This document shows, piece by piece, positions 38,201 to 50,690 of a stretch of DNA of 64,000 nt. Numbering within the stretch: position 1 is the first letter of the stretch; each line of letters opens with the position of its first letter. Under the pieces are notes generated by a model. It saw only the letters and a program-made list of their open reading frames with translations. It did no database searches and had not been told where the DNA came from. Source of the stretch: Chiloscyllium plagiosum (lineage: Eukaryota); the NCBI RefSeq assembly GCF_004010195.1, contig NC_057721.1:34516931-34580930 (forward strand), in the 5' to 3' direction. The translations under genes and the position numbers were made by a program.

Positions 38201-39121
38201 ACATCAAATACTGTCTTTTCTCCCACCCCATAATGTGAGCAGTTAGAAGGACTGCTTCTGGTATTTACTGCATTCTTCAATCTTTTCAGGGTGCACATTA
38301 AAGTGAATGGGCTTGGACTGAGTTTGTCAAAACAGCAAGATTTCTGATCTAATTTCTACCACGTTGCCAAGACTCTCAGCAGCCATTTTTTGAAGTTCTA
38401 GAATTCTCCCTTTGGATATGATCATTGAGTAACTCTCTTTTTTGTTAATCAAATTCCTACTTTTTTGGTGTTAGAAATTGGATTTCTCATTTTTGGACAT
38501 GCTAATTAGGATTTGAGACCTGTCCATGCTGGATCCAAATGAAGTGAACAGGATGGAAAATCGATTATTGTTTACTCCTTAACAAGTTTTGTGGTGGATT
38601 CCTGGCTACATAGTCAGTGGTATTTGAGCACCGCAGGAGGACATGTAGAGTTTGAACTATCTCTGTGCTCCATGCAACTTTCCATTTTTAAATGTGTTAC
38701 TAAAAGATAGACGCATTAATTCACAGTCAGCTCATGGAAAAATTAATATGAAAGAGTCAAGCAAGATGTGACACCAAGCAAAGGTTCAGACTTCCCACTT
38801 CAGTACTGCTATCCTGGAGGCAACTATTAGACAAGTGAAATGTTTTGTTGTTTGCTTGGAGTGGTAGTGGTTTTATATTGCCTCTCTAATGAGGTTGTAG
38901 TAGTCTGCATATATTTTAACCATGACAAACTATTTACGCATTCAAGGATCCACACAAGCTCATGGTGTCACTTTGAGGTCTGTCTCCAGACTCTCTTGTA
39001 GTCATGTGAGCTTACATCATCTATAATTATGAGATGCTTACATTGCTCAAAGTATTGTCTTCATATAGGATTGCTGGGATATGTGCTAACCATTCATTCT
39101 GACAATACCTTCTAATCAGGA

Positions 39122-39181
39122 TTAAGTTACAAATCACACAACACCAGGTTATAGTCCAACAGGTTTAATTGGAAGCATTAG
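39122..39181 (-). mobile_element. 60-bp PLE family C stub with perfect 13-bp TSD
   Basis: AATCACACAACACCAGGTTATAGTCCAACAGGTTTAATTGGAAGCATTAG flanked by CTTCTAATCAGGA at 39109 and 39182. Confidence 0.85.
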
Positions 39182-39644
39182 CTTCTAATCAGGAGAAATT
39201 CTTTGTCTCTGTTAGGAGCTTCTCTTGTCCCTTCCAGTTTTCTCTGTTGGTGACAAGTGTTTTGCTACTGAGCATGTGTATAGTTTTATGTCTGCTATCA
39301 ACTCTAACTTGTTTTTCAGTCTGTTCAAATGGTATTCTCCACAAGTTATTGTTTGACAGTTCCCTTGAAAGTTCCCAGTGGGTGAATTGCATCTCATCAA
39401 ATGCAGTGTGAAACATTGAATACAAGGTCGCACATTGTAATTTTGTTTGTCTGAAGAGGAGAAACGTTTGTTCATGATCTGTTTTAATCTTAAACCTTAA
39501 TCTTAAAGCTCCAAAACGTAATTGGAGAACTTCTTGCAGATCCATATTACCCAGACATTTTGTTTAAACTCAATAGTGCTGTATCATTTTCTTTTCTATT
39601 AGTGAATTTGAAGCACTCAAACAACAGCCTCCATATTGCAGCTA

Positions 39645-39830
39645 ATAGCAAAATATTTTGGCTGCTGGAAATCTGAAATAAAAGCAGAAAATGCTGGAGA
39701 AACTCAGCAGGTCAGCCAGTATTTTTGAAGAGAGAAATAGAGTTATTACAACATTAATTCTTTTCTATCTCCACAGATGCTGTTAGACCTGTTGCGTATG
39801 TTCAGCATTTTCTGTTACATTCAATTTTTC
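39645..39830. mobile_element. Fold-back PLE stub (family B) inside the Gypsy relic
   Basis: GCAGAAAATGCTGGAGAAACTCAGCAGGTC and its inverted partner GATGCTGTTAGACCTG...CAGCATTTTCTG. Confidence 0.75.
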
Positions 39831-41789
39831 ATCGTCTTGGATCTGGTAAACATGGTAACCAGCTCTGTGGATGGATCATCCACAATTATTATTATTAATA
39901 ACTGTGGGTCAAAATGTCAGAGGAAGTTAATTTTTTTCATTCCTTTCAGAATAATTTCTTTGATCAACATTCCAGAACCAATATTGGCCTTGTCTTAGTA
40001 ACTTCTCAACTGCTTATTAATTGTTGATAGATGAGGTATGAATTTCCTGACTTCATTAATTATCCCTCAAAATCTTTGCAGCTTTGTTATGATGTTTTTT
40101 ACAGAGAGTCTGAGTCACTTTTTCTCCCCCTGATGATCTGTTGCTTGTATTCTGTGATCTCGAAATGGCTTTGCGAATTCAAATTTGTCAGTTAAAATAA
40201 GGCCTGAACCCTGCAATATTTTCAGGTCCTCTTAATTCCATTATCATGGTCCTCCTTTGTTGGACTTTATAAAAAGTATCATTCATTTGGTAGATTGTTC
40301 ATGCTTTCCTTGGAATAAATTGGACTTAGTTTTGTGGAATATTTCAGGCACAAGCAGTCTATTGAAGGTGTTATAAAGTGTTAGCATTCTTCTTCCCTGG
40401 CCCAAAATTACTTGTCAGAGACCAAATGAAAGCATCTAATTTTGTGAACAGTGTAGTCTTCACCAGTTTATCTCAGCTGTAATCAACCACTTAATGGATT
40501 TCATATTGCACTGCTTGCTGAGTTAGATTAGGTCCACACAGATCCTAACATTTCCATTTGGTTTACGAGCAGTGACAATAACTGAACATCATTTAGTTGG
40601 TATTGTAATCAGTAAAATTACTCCTGCTGTTGCCTTCTTTCCATTTATACCTTCTTTCCATTTATACCTTCACTTATGCTTTACAGATATAATATGTTTC
40701 TTACAGTAAAAAGCCAAATTGATCTGGAATTTGCTTTCAATGTAATAGTGTGTTCATATTCTTTTAGTTCATATTCTTTTAGTCTACCCAGTCCTGAAAT
40801 AATTTGGGAAATTCTTCTCAAAATTCTATTTAACTTTCTCACTCAGCAAATTTATCTTATCTTGAAGATCAATTTTAATCTGAAACATGATTTCTTGCTA
40901 AAATGTTAAGATTTTAATCTGCAAAATTCTGGACTGAATTTCCCATTTACATTGAGGTGATGGTGAGTGCATTGCATGGTGTCTGATCCAGCTTAGACCC
41001 AAATAACAGCACAGGTCAGAGTTATGTCCTGCATCAAAAGAGATGCCCAGTGTTGATACAAAAGGCTCAAAAATGCAATGCATTGGAAAGGGCAAGAACC
41101 ACCATCTCCCTCTGGTACTTTACCCTTACATCACCCACTCAGTCTAACTTCCCACTACACACACTTCTTACCGAAGCTCATGGACAGCACATCTTTGTAT
41201 TGTGTGCACTGCATCTACTCAAAACACTCACCCACTTCCTCCTTCCAAACTAATAACCGTTTCTGCTGTCTGCCATTTTTACTCAATCACAGGAACACTT
41301 TACCAACACTTTTGCCATGTATGATTACTAATTGCTTGATATTCACTTCCATCATTATCAATCTCTCCCTTTGTCTCATTGCAGGAAAAATACTGTCTTC
41401 TAACTAGGCTGAGAGGGCACTTTCTCATTGCTCACAAAGAGACGGTTGCCCAGAGAAGAATAGGAGCACCTTATGTGGAGAAACACCAATGGACAACAAC
41501 CCAGTGATCTTTATTTGTGCTCTGCTGTGCTGCTTTCCCATTACCATCAATATTAACTCATTCTTAACCTGAATACAATTATATCCATCTCAAAACCTTT
41601 AATCCATATATTCTCGTATGCAAGCACTGGTTGAATCCACTGAATCTCCCCTAGCCAGAGGCCGGAATTGGAAGTGATCACCTCTACCTTTGACGATAAG
41701 CTAGTGAAGCATCAGGGATGAACTACAAAACATTCACCTGCAAGTTCCACCAATTCAGAGACATGCATACATGTGGCTGTCTTCATAGT

Positions 41790-42010
41790 AAAGATGAAGT
41801 CACCATCATCTGCCCAGATCACAGGGCTGCTCTCTCATTAGAAATGGACCAGTGATGGTGAGTTTAACCCAAGGGTCACTATACCTCAAAGTGAGGGAAG
41901 AGGTTGAGATGGAGAGTTCTTCGTGGTAATTTCAGCTGGTGTGGGAATTGAACTCGTGCTATTGGCATCACTCTGCATCGCAAAGCAGCCATCCAGCCAG
42001 GACAGACTGA
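41790..42010 (-). mobile_element. tRNA-derived SINE (type 4, probably MetaSINE-like)
   Basis: Reverse complement: GGCTGGATGGCT...GAGTTCAATTCCC (B-box)...TCTCAACCTCTTCCCTCACTTTGAGG..GTGACCCTTGGGTTAAAC...GACTTCATCTTT. Confidence 0.65.
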
Positions 42011-42029
42011 CTGTCAGTGTCTGCTGGGT

Positions 42030-43297
42030 ATGCACACAGTAGACAGGCAGGAGGCTGGATGAATACAGGAAGCAAGGCAGCATCAGGAGGGGCAAAAGTT
42101 GACTTTTCAGGTGTAACTCTTCTTCAGGACTTGGGGTGGGTGTAAGGGGAGCAGCAGATAAAGGGGGTGGCGGGCAGTGTGGTGAAGTGGGGATAGGAGA
42201 AGACAAGTAGAGGGCATGGCCTGGTTGGTCAATGGGAGGAATGAATTTGGTTGGTGGCATGGAACAGCAGAAGGGATGGGGAGGGGCTCGGAAAGGAGTT
42301 GGGGGATGGGAAGGGACGTTATTTAAAATTAGATAACTCAACCTTGAGTCCTCCAGGTTGAAGATAAGATGTTGTTCCTCCAATTTGTACTGTAGTTGTT
42401 TTGGCAATGGAGAAGGCCAAGGATGGTCATGTTGGAAAGGGTGTGGGAAGGAGAAATGGGCAGTGACTGGGAGGTGTGGTCGGTCCCAGCGGGCCTGGCT
42501 TAGATGCTTGGTAAATTGTTCCCTAAGTTTACATTCGGACTCCCCAATGTAGGGGAGACCACATCAGGAGCACCTGATGCAGTAAACCCGGTTGGAAGAG
42601 AGTTAGGTGAACCTCTATCTCACTTCGAAGGACTGTTTGGGGCCCCGGATGAGGAGGTTGGTATACGGGCAGGTTTTAAATCTTTTCTGGTTATAGGAGA
42701 AGGTACTTTGGGGTGCAGTGGTGGAAGTGGTGTGAACCAAGAACTGTCAGAGGGAATGGTGCTTGTGGAAGACATTGAGGGGTGGGGAGAGGAAGATGTT
42801 CTTGGTCGTGGTATCTGTTTAGAGTTGGTGAAATTGTTTGAGGATGATGCGTTGGATACAGAGACTGGTGAGGTGGTAGGTGAGGACAAGGGGAACTCTG
42901 TCTTTATTGCGTTGGGAGGGGAGGGGGTTTAGAGTGGTGGAACAGGGAATGGAAGTGGTGCAGCAGAGAGCTGCCTGGATGGTGGAAGGAGGAAAAGTAT
43001 GTTGCTCAAAACAACTGGACATCTGGGATGCTCGTGAGTGGAATGTCTCCTCGTCTGAGCAGATGTGGCGGAGGCAGAAGAATTGGGAGAATGGGATGGA
43101 GTTCTTGCAGCATACTGGGTGGGGGAAAGTGTAGTCTAGGTAGTTATGGGAGTCTGTGGGTTGTAGTAGATGTCTGTCCGGAGACTGTCGCTGGAGATTT
43201 AAATGGAGAGGTCAAGAAAGAGGAGGGAGGTGTCTGAGATGGACCAAGTGAATTTGAGGGTAGGGTGGAAATTGTGTGCAAAGTCGATTAACTGCTC
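42030..43297 (-). mobile_element. Penelope-like element (family A-related), 5'-truncated
   Basis: HNFHPTLKFTWSISDTSLLFLDLSI, RNKDRVPLVLTYH, YKLEEQHLIFNL; the terminus carries rc CCTGAAGAAGAGTTACACCTGAAAAGTC at 42101-42128. Confidence 0.9.
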
Positions 43298-44932
43298 AGT
43301 ATCAAAGGAAAGGTGTGAGGGAACAGTACATTCCAAATCAATCCAGGTGCACCTTCCTCTCAGTGAGATAGGGTTGTGCCAGTATGCACAGTGAAGAGAA
43401 ACAACAGAGAGTTTTCCCCATCCTACCCTCACCCTCAGTACCACAGCATGGTCATTATAGAGGTTGCCTGCTCCTCCAACTCCTCCCAGTCTGTGATCCT
43501 AGCAGTAGAAACTCAGGTAGATAAGCCTGCAGCTGAGCAGGATGATTCCAGTATTCCCAGGCAGTCTGGCCCCAAATGCAGCCAAAGAGACTGCCTAAAC
43601 TTTCCAAGTTTTCAAAGGCACCTCCATCCTATAATGGGAGGTACAGGAAGGAGAAAATACATTGAGGGCATACATGTGACAGAGATGCAACATCATTGTA
43701 AATAAAGTATCATTTTTGTAAATACATTTTAACTTGCACAGTCAAATAATGTTGCGCAGGAACATAATTTCCATGGTCAGCCTTGATTAAGTCATACCCA
43801 TATGAAAGATGAACAGCTTTATCAGACATCTGAAGGATAAAAGAAGTTATAATGGCTAAATATTGCTCATCTCTCACAAACAACTGACTACTTGCTTGGA
43901 GATAGCCTCAAACATCTGGGATCCTTGAACCGTGAGGTTGAGGACTGGAGCCAAAACACTGCATTTTAATGTGGCCAACTCTGAGGCGAGACACGGAATA
44001 TGCCAGGAATGTACTCGGTCTTGGCCTGCACTCATCATTGCACTTACACTCACCATGTGAATAAGACTACAGAAACAGTGATGATTACACACATTTCTGC
44101 AGATAAAAGATTTGTTGCATGGATCAGTTCTTCAAAACATTCAAGGATAAGAGATTTACAATAGGCACAATGTAAGTCCACTCTCCCTCATAATACAGTG
44201 GCCATCTAAATCTGACTCTTAGGTGCTGGTCCATTCTGGGATGTCTGGGTAGTGGAGAGTTCTTCCAACTGTGGCAAGTTGAAGAATTGGGCTAGTGTCA
44301 AATGAGGGAGATACCATAAATGGTAGGATTTGCAGTTAATATTCTCTCTAAGCTGCAGGGCCATGCAGACGTGCAACCATTCAATGTTCTGCATCACTGA
44401 TTGGAGGAGAAAAATTAATTAGAGAGACCTACCACCTCACCAGTCTCTGTATCCAGCTAATGAATATGTTGGAGACAGTGAGATAGCATGGAAAACCCTT
44501 CACGATTTGGACAGTTCACTCCCTTTTGTCTTTATATTTTACTCTCGCTATGATCTGGCCTTTAACTTTCAAATTTGTTCCTCCTTGCTCTTGTGGTTTG
44601 ATTGAAGAAGCTTGGAACTTGATTTGCTATAACTATTGTAATTTCTCAGATTGTATATTAACACTTGCTTCAATGTCTCATTTGAATTTAGCAAAATATC
44701 CCCTATGTTGTGATTTACCAGCCAGACTTTATTGTCTGGCTCAGCGACCTTTCCTAGGACGTCCAAATTCTGTAGCCATAATTGTCCTATTTAGTGGATT
44801 TGATTGCATGTAAACTATTGCCATTTACTTTCATTGGTTGCAATTTTATGATAATATATGTTGACATACCGCGTTTAGTGCAATTGTGACTTAGAGCTCC
44901 CCCTGCTGGGTGGTCATCATTTGGGAGATGTT

Positions 44933-45788
44933 GGTAATGTGGTAGTAATGACACAATGCTAGTAATCCAGAAACCCTGGCAAATGTCCTGGGAACTTGGA
45001 TTCACACTGCACCATGGTAGATGGTGAAATCTGAATTCAATAAAAAATATCTGGAATTCAAAAGCTAGTCTAATTGTAGCCTTTAGTCCAAAGATGTGCA
45101 GGTTAGGTGGATTGGCCATGGTAAATTGCCCAGTTTTTAGGTTAGATAGACTAGCTATGGGAAATGCAGTGTTACAGAGATAAGATAGAGGGGTGGGCTT
45201 GGGTGGGCTCCTCTTCAGAGGGTTGGTGTGAACTCGATAGGCTAAATGGCCTGCTTCCACACTGTAGGGATTCTATGATGCTATGATTCTATGATAAGAG
45301 CCCATCCGATTCATTCAGTGGCACGGTGGCACAGTGGTTAGCACTGCTGCCTCACAGCGCCAGAGACCCGGGTTCAATTCCCACCTCAGGTGACTGACTG
45401 TGTGGAGTTTGCACATTCTCCCCGTGTTTGCTCCGGTTTCCTCCCAAAATCCAAAAATGTGCAGGTTAGGTGAATTGGCCATGCTAAATTGCCCGTAGTG
45501 TTAGGTGAAGGGGTAAATGTAGGAGAATGGGTCTGGGTGGGTTACGCTTCGGCGGGTCGGTGTCGACTTGTTGGGCCGAAGGGCCTGTTTCCACACTGTA
45601 AGTAATCTAATCTAATCTAATGCCCCTTAGGGAAGGAAATCTGCCATCCTTACCTGGTCTGGCCTACAAGTGACTCCAGACCCACAGCAATGTGATTTAT
45701 TCTTAACTGCCCTCAGGGAATTTACAGATAAGCAATAAAAGTAGGACTAGCCAATGACACCTATGTCCATGGAATGAATTTTGAAAAA
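44933..45788 (+). mobile_element. Type 2 SINE containing two nested HE1-type SINEs
   Basis: Host at 44933-45080, 45296-45316 and 45621-45788; HE1 3' half at 45084-45295. Confidence 0.75.
45318..45620 (+). mobile_element. HE1-type V-SINE, young (CpGs retained)
   Basis: GTGGCACGGTGGCACAGTGGTTAGC...CCCGGGTTCAATTCCC...(AATCT)n tail. Confidence 0.92.
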
Positions 45789-46606
45789 AGATTGGTGTCT
45801 AGTTCCCACCAGAAATGAAGCGCTTCTAAAATGGCAATTGGTGTGTTTTACTAACTTTGGCTTTTGCTTCAATCCTCTCTCTGATTTTGGGCCTACAGAT
45901 TACAAAGAGTATCTTGGCTTTTTCCATGGAACCTTGGACTGCCATGAGCTATAACCCAACTTTGCTTAGGATCTTGGACAGCATCACTGGGAGAAACAAA
46001 GACTTTCAAATGACACACGTTGCTCTAACACAACTTGCATACTAGAATATTTATTTCTATACATGACTACAGGTTGCAGTAAAACTTAAGGTGTTTTAAC
46101 TTCCACTGTAATATTTAGTTAATTGCTAACTTAAAGAAAACCTAGAATTTTAAATTAAAATCCTCTATCTCTCACACAATTACCAGCAGTTAAGATACCT
46201 GAGGGAGTTCTTTGTTTATAATTTCTGAGTACAACTAAGCAAAATTTTAAAATATCAGATTAAACAAGCCACTAATGAACCGCTGTATGTTCTTTCAGAG
46301 CTTGTATATTCCTGATTTAAGGCTGCAACAAAATTTAACTTTTCTTAATTAATGAGTAATGTTTAGTTAATTGCTAAATGAAAGGGCAAAAAAACTAGAC
46401 TAAAAAAAAAACACCTTTCAACCTTACACTCATCTGTTTTTACTGTAAATGGAAGGGAGGTCATTAATAAAGCAGTTGAATCTGTTTGCACTGAAGAACC
46501 TCATATAATGATACACTGCTTATGAGATTATTGACTTCCAGCAACCACAACCCATCTTCTTTTGAACAAGGAATGCCTCCAAAGACGGAGTGTTTACAAC
46601 TCTTCC

Positions 46607-46838
46607 TGAAGTAACTCCACAAAGGCTGGTATCCTGTCACCAAGACACCTTTTATTTACATGTGGAGGGTCCTTGACACTGACCCAGTTCCCTCAGTGCC
46701 AGCTCTGCGTGAAAAGGATGTCTGACATACCTGTTTATATCTGTAAGACAGGGCTCCCCGGTGGACCAGATTAACAGCCCAGTCAGGGAACTCATTTTCT
46801 ATGAAGTCCCCCTGGCTGACCTCATTACAATCACTACA
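46607..46838 (-). mobile_element. Short Gypsy-like solo LTR, 232 bp
   Basis: Reverse complement: TGTAGTGATTGTAATG...GATATAAACAGG...AAATAAAGG...GTTACTTCA; no matching TSD. Confidence 0.75.
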
Positions 46839-47700
46839 TAGGCCATTCAGCCCACTGAACCTGTCATGCATTTTACGATGATCAAGGTGGATCAAATCCT
46901 TTAATGCATTTTACTCACCCTATTCCCATAATCCTGCATGCCATTGCTAATCTTGACCACAAAAAATACTCAAAGACTGAGCGTCCATGGCCCTCCATAC
47001 CGGAGACTTTCACAACCCTCTGAATAAAATAATTTCTCATCTTCAACCAAAGTGATAGCCCTCTTATTATAAACTTCAGCCCCTAGTTCCAGATTCCCCA
47101 AACAGGGGAAAAATCTTACCTGCATCTACCCTGTCAACACTTTACATCTCCTATAGGTTTCAATGAGATCATCTCTCATTCTTTGATATGCAGGCTCAGT
47201 TTGCCCAATGTCCCTTCATAGTGTAGTTTAGCCATCCCATGGATGAAGGGTTGACTTATTAAAAACAGCTAAATAGTTGGGCCTTTTTTCATTCGAGTTT
47301 AGAAGAATGAGGGGTGATCTTATTGAAACACACAAGATTGTGATGAGACAAGACAGGGTAGATGTTGAGAACATGTTTGCACTAGTTGGAGAATCTCAAA
47401 CTAGGTCACATTGTTACAGAATAAGGGGGTCTCTCATTTGAGAGGAAAAGGAATTTCTTCTCGAAAAGAGTAGTGCATGTCTGGAATTTTCTACCTCAGA
47501 CAGCTGTGGAGGCTAGATTATGGAAAGTGTCTAAAGCGTATGCCGATGGATTTCTGAGATATCGAGGAGCCTAGGGCTTTGAGGAGTTGGCATGAAAGAA
47601 GAATTGAGGAGTAGGGCAGATCATGTATGATCTAATCGAATGGCAGGGCAGGTATGAGAGTCGAATGGCCTAATCTTGCTCCTGTTTCCTGTTTCTTATT
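46839..47700. mobile_element. Two CR1 3' ends joined head-to-head (minus 46839-47240, plus 47241-47700)
   Basis: Both begin at the GM..L.Y...L..LGL...RMRGDLIE region and run outward to CR1 tails. Confidence 0.75.
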
Positions 47701-48479
47701 TTCTCCTGCACTCTACATTGAACCAGGGTTGGTCTGTTGGATTGATGGTAATGGTAGGCTCGGGTATATGCTGGATCACAAGATTACAGTTCGTGGTTGA
47801 GTACCATTCTTTTGCTGATTATGGCCCAGAGTGCCTTGTTGCTGTCAGGCTTTGAGTTGCTAGATCTTTTCAAAACTTTTAGCATAGTGTAATTCCATTG
47901 AACACATGATATCCCCATTGTGAAGATGATACTTTGTCTTTACAATACGATAATGGGCTGATGCATTTGAAATAGTTGGATCAGCAGTTTTTTAACCTCT
48001 TGTTAGTTTCCTCACCACTTACTGCAAACTAAGTCCAGCAGTCAAATCCTTTGGGACCCAAACAGTTTGGTCAGTAATGGTGGTACTCAAACATTCTTGG
48101 TGATGAATATTGAAGTCCTTAACCCAAAGTGCCATCTGTGCCTACTTCTTCCAATTTGTGTTCAACATGAAACAGCAATGATTCATCATCCAAAAATGGA
48201 TTAGAATGTAAGTGGTAACGTGCAGGAGTTTTCAATGCCCATGTTTGACTTCATGCCATAAGACTTCACAGAATGTAAAGTCAACCTCAGAACATCCTCC
48301 TAACCATACATTACAATGCCACCACCTCTGCCAGGTCTGCCCTGTGGCTAGGCTATCTAGGGATGTTGATGTCTGGGAGATTGCCTCTAAGTCTGATTCC
48401 ATCACTATGTCAGGATATTTCTTGACTAGAGGGAATTTAAGAGTCAACCACATTTGTTGGACTCTGGCCCATAGGACCA

Positions 48480-48655
48480 GAACTCACACTCAGACAGACT
48501 AGGTGAGGGTGGCATACTTTCTTCCTTAAAAACAGGACTTTAGTGATCCAATTAATTGTTAATTCCAGATTTTATTAGTTAAATTCATCATCACCTGTAC
48601 TGAGATTTGAAACAATGTCTCCATCGCATTGTCCAGTGACATTACCACTGCCTCC
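48480..48655 (-). mobile_element. Type 2 SINE fragment
   Basis: GGTGAGGGTGGCA..TTTCTTCCTTAAA...ATTCCAGATTTT...GAGATTTGAAAC is the reverse complement of the type 2 core and head. Confidence 0.6.
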
Positions 48656-49591
48656 CTTTATTCTCTGAATATCTTATGTCATAGAATCTTCTAAGGGTGG
48701 CCTGCCTTAACATCCTTTATCATATAATTGCCAGGTTAAGCCCCCCTTCTCTGTGTAGTTCGCAGGAAAAGTGATAGCTGTCCCCATATCTATGCAAGGC
48801 GCTACTCTATCCTCACCAACTGGGTGTGGTAACAGCTGAAATGTTTCAGCAACTCCCCACAATATTTCCAAAAAACATTTTAAGCAAGTCAAAAATATCC
48901 CAGTTGCAACTTATTGTTTGATCTTTTAAATAGCCCAAACCAGGACCCATTTTGCTTCATTTTGTTTGCTTTTTCCGCCTCAGATGTAATTAACAAAGAT
49001 GCTTCCTCCACATGAAAGAAAACATACAAATTTGTTTCACCAGAATGGTTCAAAGGGTAGAAAATATCATCCTATTTTCACTGGACTGAAATTGGATTAG
49101 TGACATGATGTAGACAATGCACTTCTTATCCAATCTTGCAGAGTTGTTATTGCTTCAAATCCACCAATAACAATTTTGTCTCAGGGAGCCAGCCATATTC
49201 ATTCTTTTATTTCAGTTCAGTTGCAAATGAAATAGATAAAAACCATGTAAGGTTGGTATCACATATTATTTTTGTGAGAAATGTCCAACAAGAATGTAAT
49301 GAAAATTTGTTTTGTTGAAAATAATCAATATTGCAAATACCACATAAATCACCATTATGAAGAGATGTGATACAAAAATTATTTTTTAAAAGATCATATA
49401 GACCAATATACATATATCTTGAACCTTTAAACAAAGGACATTTTGTGAAGGAGAAGGTACAGGCACAATCATATCAACTTTGCAACTGAAAGGAACAGGT
49501 GGCCTGGATGAATTCTTACTCTGGAAAACATTCAGAAAACATGGCCTAGTTGATGAGTTGATATATTTTTTAACTCAGAAAATTTGAGAAG

Positions 49592-49730
49592 AAAATCAGA
49601 AATTTCTGGGGAAACTCAGGTCCAGCAGCATCTGTGGAGAGGAAGCAGAGTTAACATTTCAAGCCCAGTGACCCTTCATCAGATTCTTCTGTTTCTAATT
49701 TTCAGCATCTGCAGCTCTTTGTTTATTTTA
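49592..49730. mobile_element. Fold-back PLE stub (family B) with an intact hammerhead core on the minus strand
   Basis: rc 49649-49685: AAT CTGATGA A GGGTC ACTG GGCTT GAAA TGTT AACT. Confidence 0.75.
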
Positions 49731-49868
49731 GAGAAATTTTAAGACCTGAGAAACAAAAGCCCATTGCGGCCTTTGTCTGCAATACCTCTCAATAATGTGT
49801 GTGAGCTGTAAACACACCTGAAGTCATTTTAATCATTTATGGAGTTGAATGGTGATGAATTTTTGGAT

Positions 49869-50092
49869 AAAAGCAAATTACTGCGGATGCTGGAATCTGA
49901 AACCAAAAGGGAAAATTCTGGAAAATCTCAGCAGGTCTGGCAGCATCTGTAAGGAGGGAAAAGAGCTAACATTTTGAGTCTAACTGACCCTTTGTCAAAG
50001 CTTTGACAAAGGGTCAGTTAGACTCAAAATGTCAGCTCTTTTTTCTCCTTACAGATGCTACCAGATCTGCTGAGATTTTCCAGCATTTTCTC
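49869..50092. mobile_element. Fold-back PLE stub (family B), ~100-bp arms, no loop, 8-bp TSD
   Basis: Axis between 50000 and 50001; TTTTGGAT at 49861 and 50093. Confidence 0.85.
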
Positions 50093-50100
50093 TTTTGGAT

Positions 50101-50641
50101 GTATTTTTGGAATATACCTACTGTTTCCAGCAAAGGGATTTCAGCCAGCTGTAACTGTTCCAGAGAAGCACACCAACATGAGAAACTGGTGTGTGTAAGA
50201 TAACTTCAAAATCAAAACACCATTTGGGACAATCAATCAGTGACTTAACCTCTTTTTTTGAGAGTAAAATTTACTCGATCAAAATACTTTAAATGATCTG
50301 CAGAGTGTTCATTTTTTTTTGTTTTTCCCCAGGCTTGAGTATATTTGTGTGTGTTAATTTATTTTTCTCACAAAAAGCATATATCTCAAAACTGGTTGTC
50401 ACTGACTTTTATTTAAGTAAATTTTCTTTTAGTAATAAACCAGTTGTTTGTTTTAGACTAAAGAAACCTGGCTAACTTGTTTTTATTACTGATCATACTG
50501 TACCAATTGGCACCTCGGTACAGTTGAAGACCTGTATGATTGCCCACATCACCAATCTGGTTAAATTAAAAACATATTGTGACAAGTGGAGGAGTAGGGC
50601 TAGAGAGAAATCAGTGTAATCCTCCAAACCCAGTCATAACA
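50101..50641 (+). mobile_element. Probable LTR 3' part
   Basis: AATAAA at ~50434 and a GTCATAACA end similar to the 2148-2868 LTR; 5' boundary not found. Confidence 0.4.
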
Positions 50642-50690
50642 TAGGATTATTATCACGTTGTCATGAAAATTCATATTTTATTTTGAGGAA

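Larger units (their letters stand above)
38990..40650 (-). pseudogene. Gypsy/Ty3 pol relic (RT-RNase H), heavily decayed
   Basis: Minus-strand frames give GVIL..TIPTK*CS...KPNGNVRICVDL, LFTKLDA, LQRF*GIINEVRKFIPHLSTIN, WICKKFSNYVL, RFKIKTDH and IRRYCQNEW in canonical order. Confidence 0.8.
40950..44450 (+). mobile_element. PIF/Harbinger relic: spliced Myb/SANT gene (+) and possible convergent transposase remnant (-)
   Basis: DPA*TQITAQVRVMSCIKRDAQC*YKRL at ~40985-41070; acceptor at ~41383 then ILSSN*AERA; basic GRRK end at ~43645; minus strand NIEWLHV...NINCKSYH weakly resembles the HARBI1 AIDCTHV...INRKGYH block. Confidence 0.55.
46480..48400 (-). mobile_element. Decayed L2/CR1-group LINE endonuclease region, split by LTR and CR1 inserts
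   Basis: Segments at 46480-46606 and 47705-48400; minus strand reads DFNIHHQECLSTTITD and, just upstream, LVKKYPDIVMES. Confidence 0.6.

Noticed and set aside
40633-40782. Short tandem duplications (17 bp and 15 bp)
   Set aside because: Ordinary slippage duplications with no further structure.
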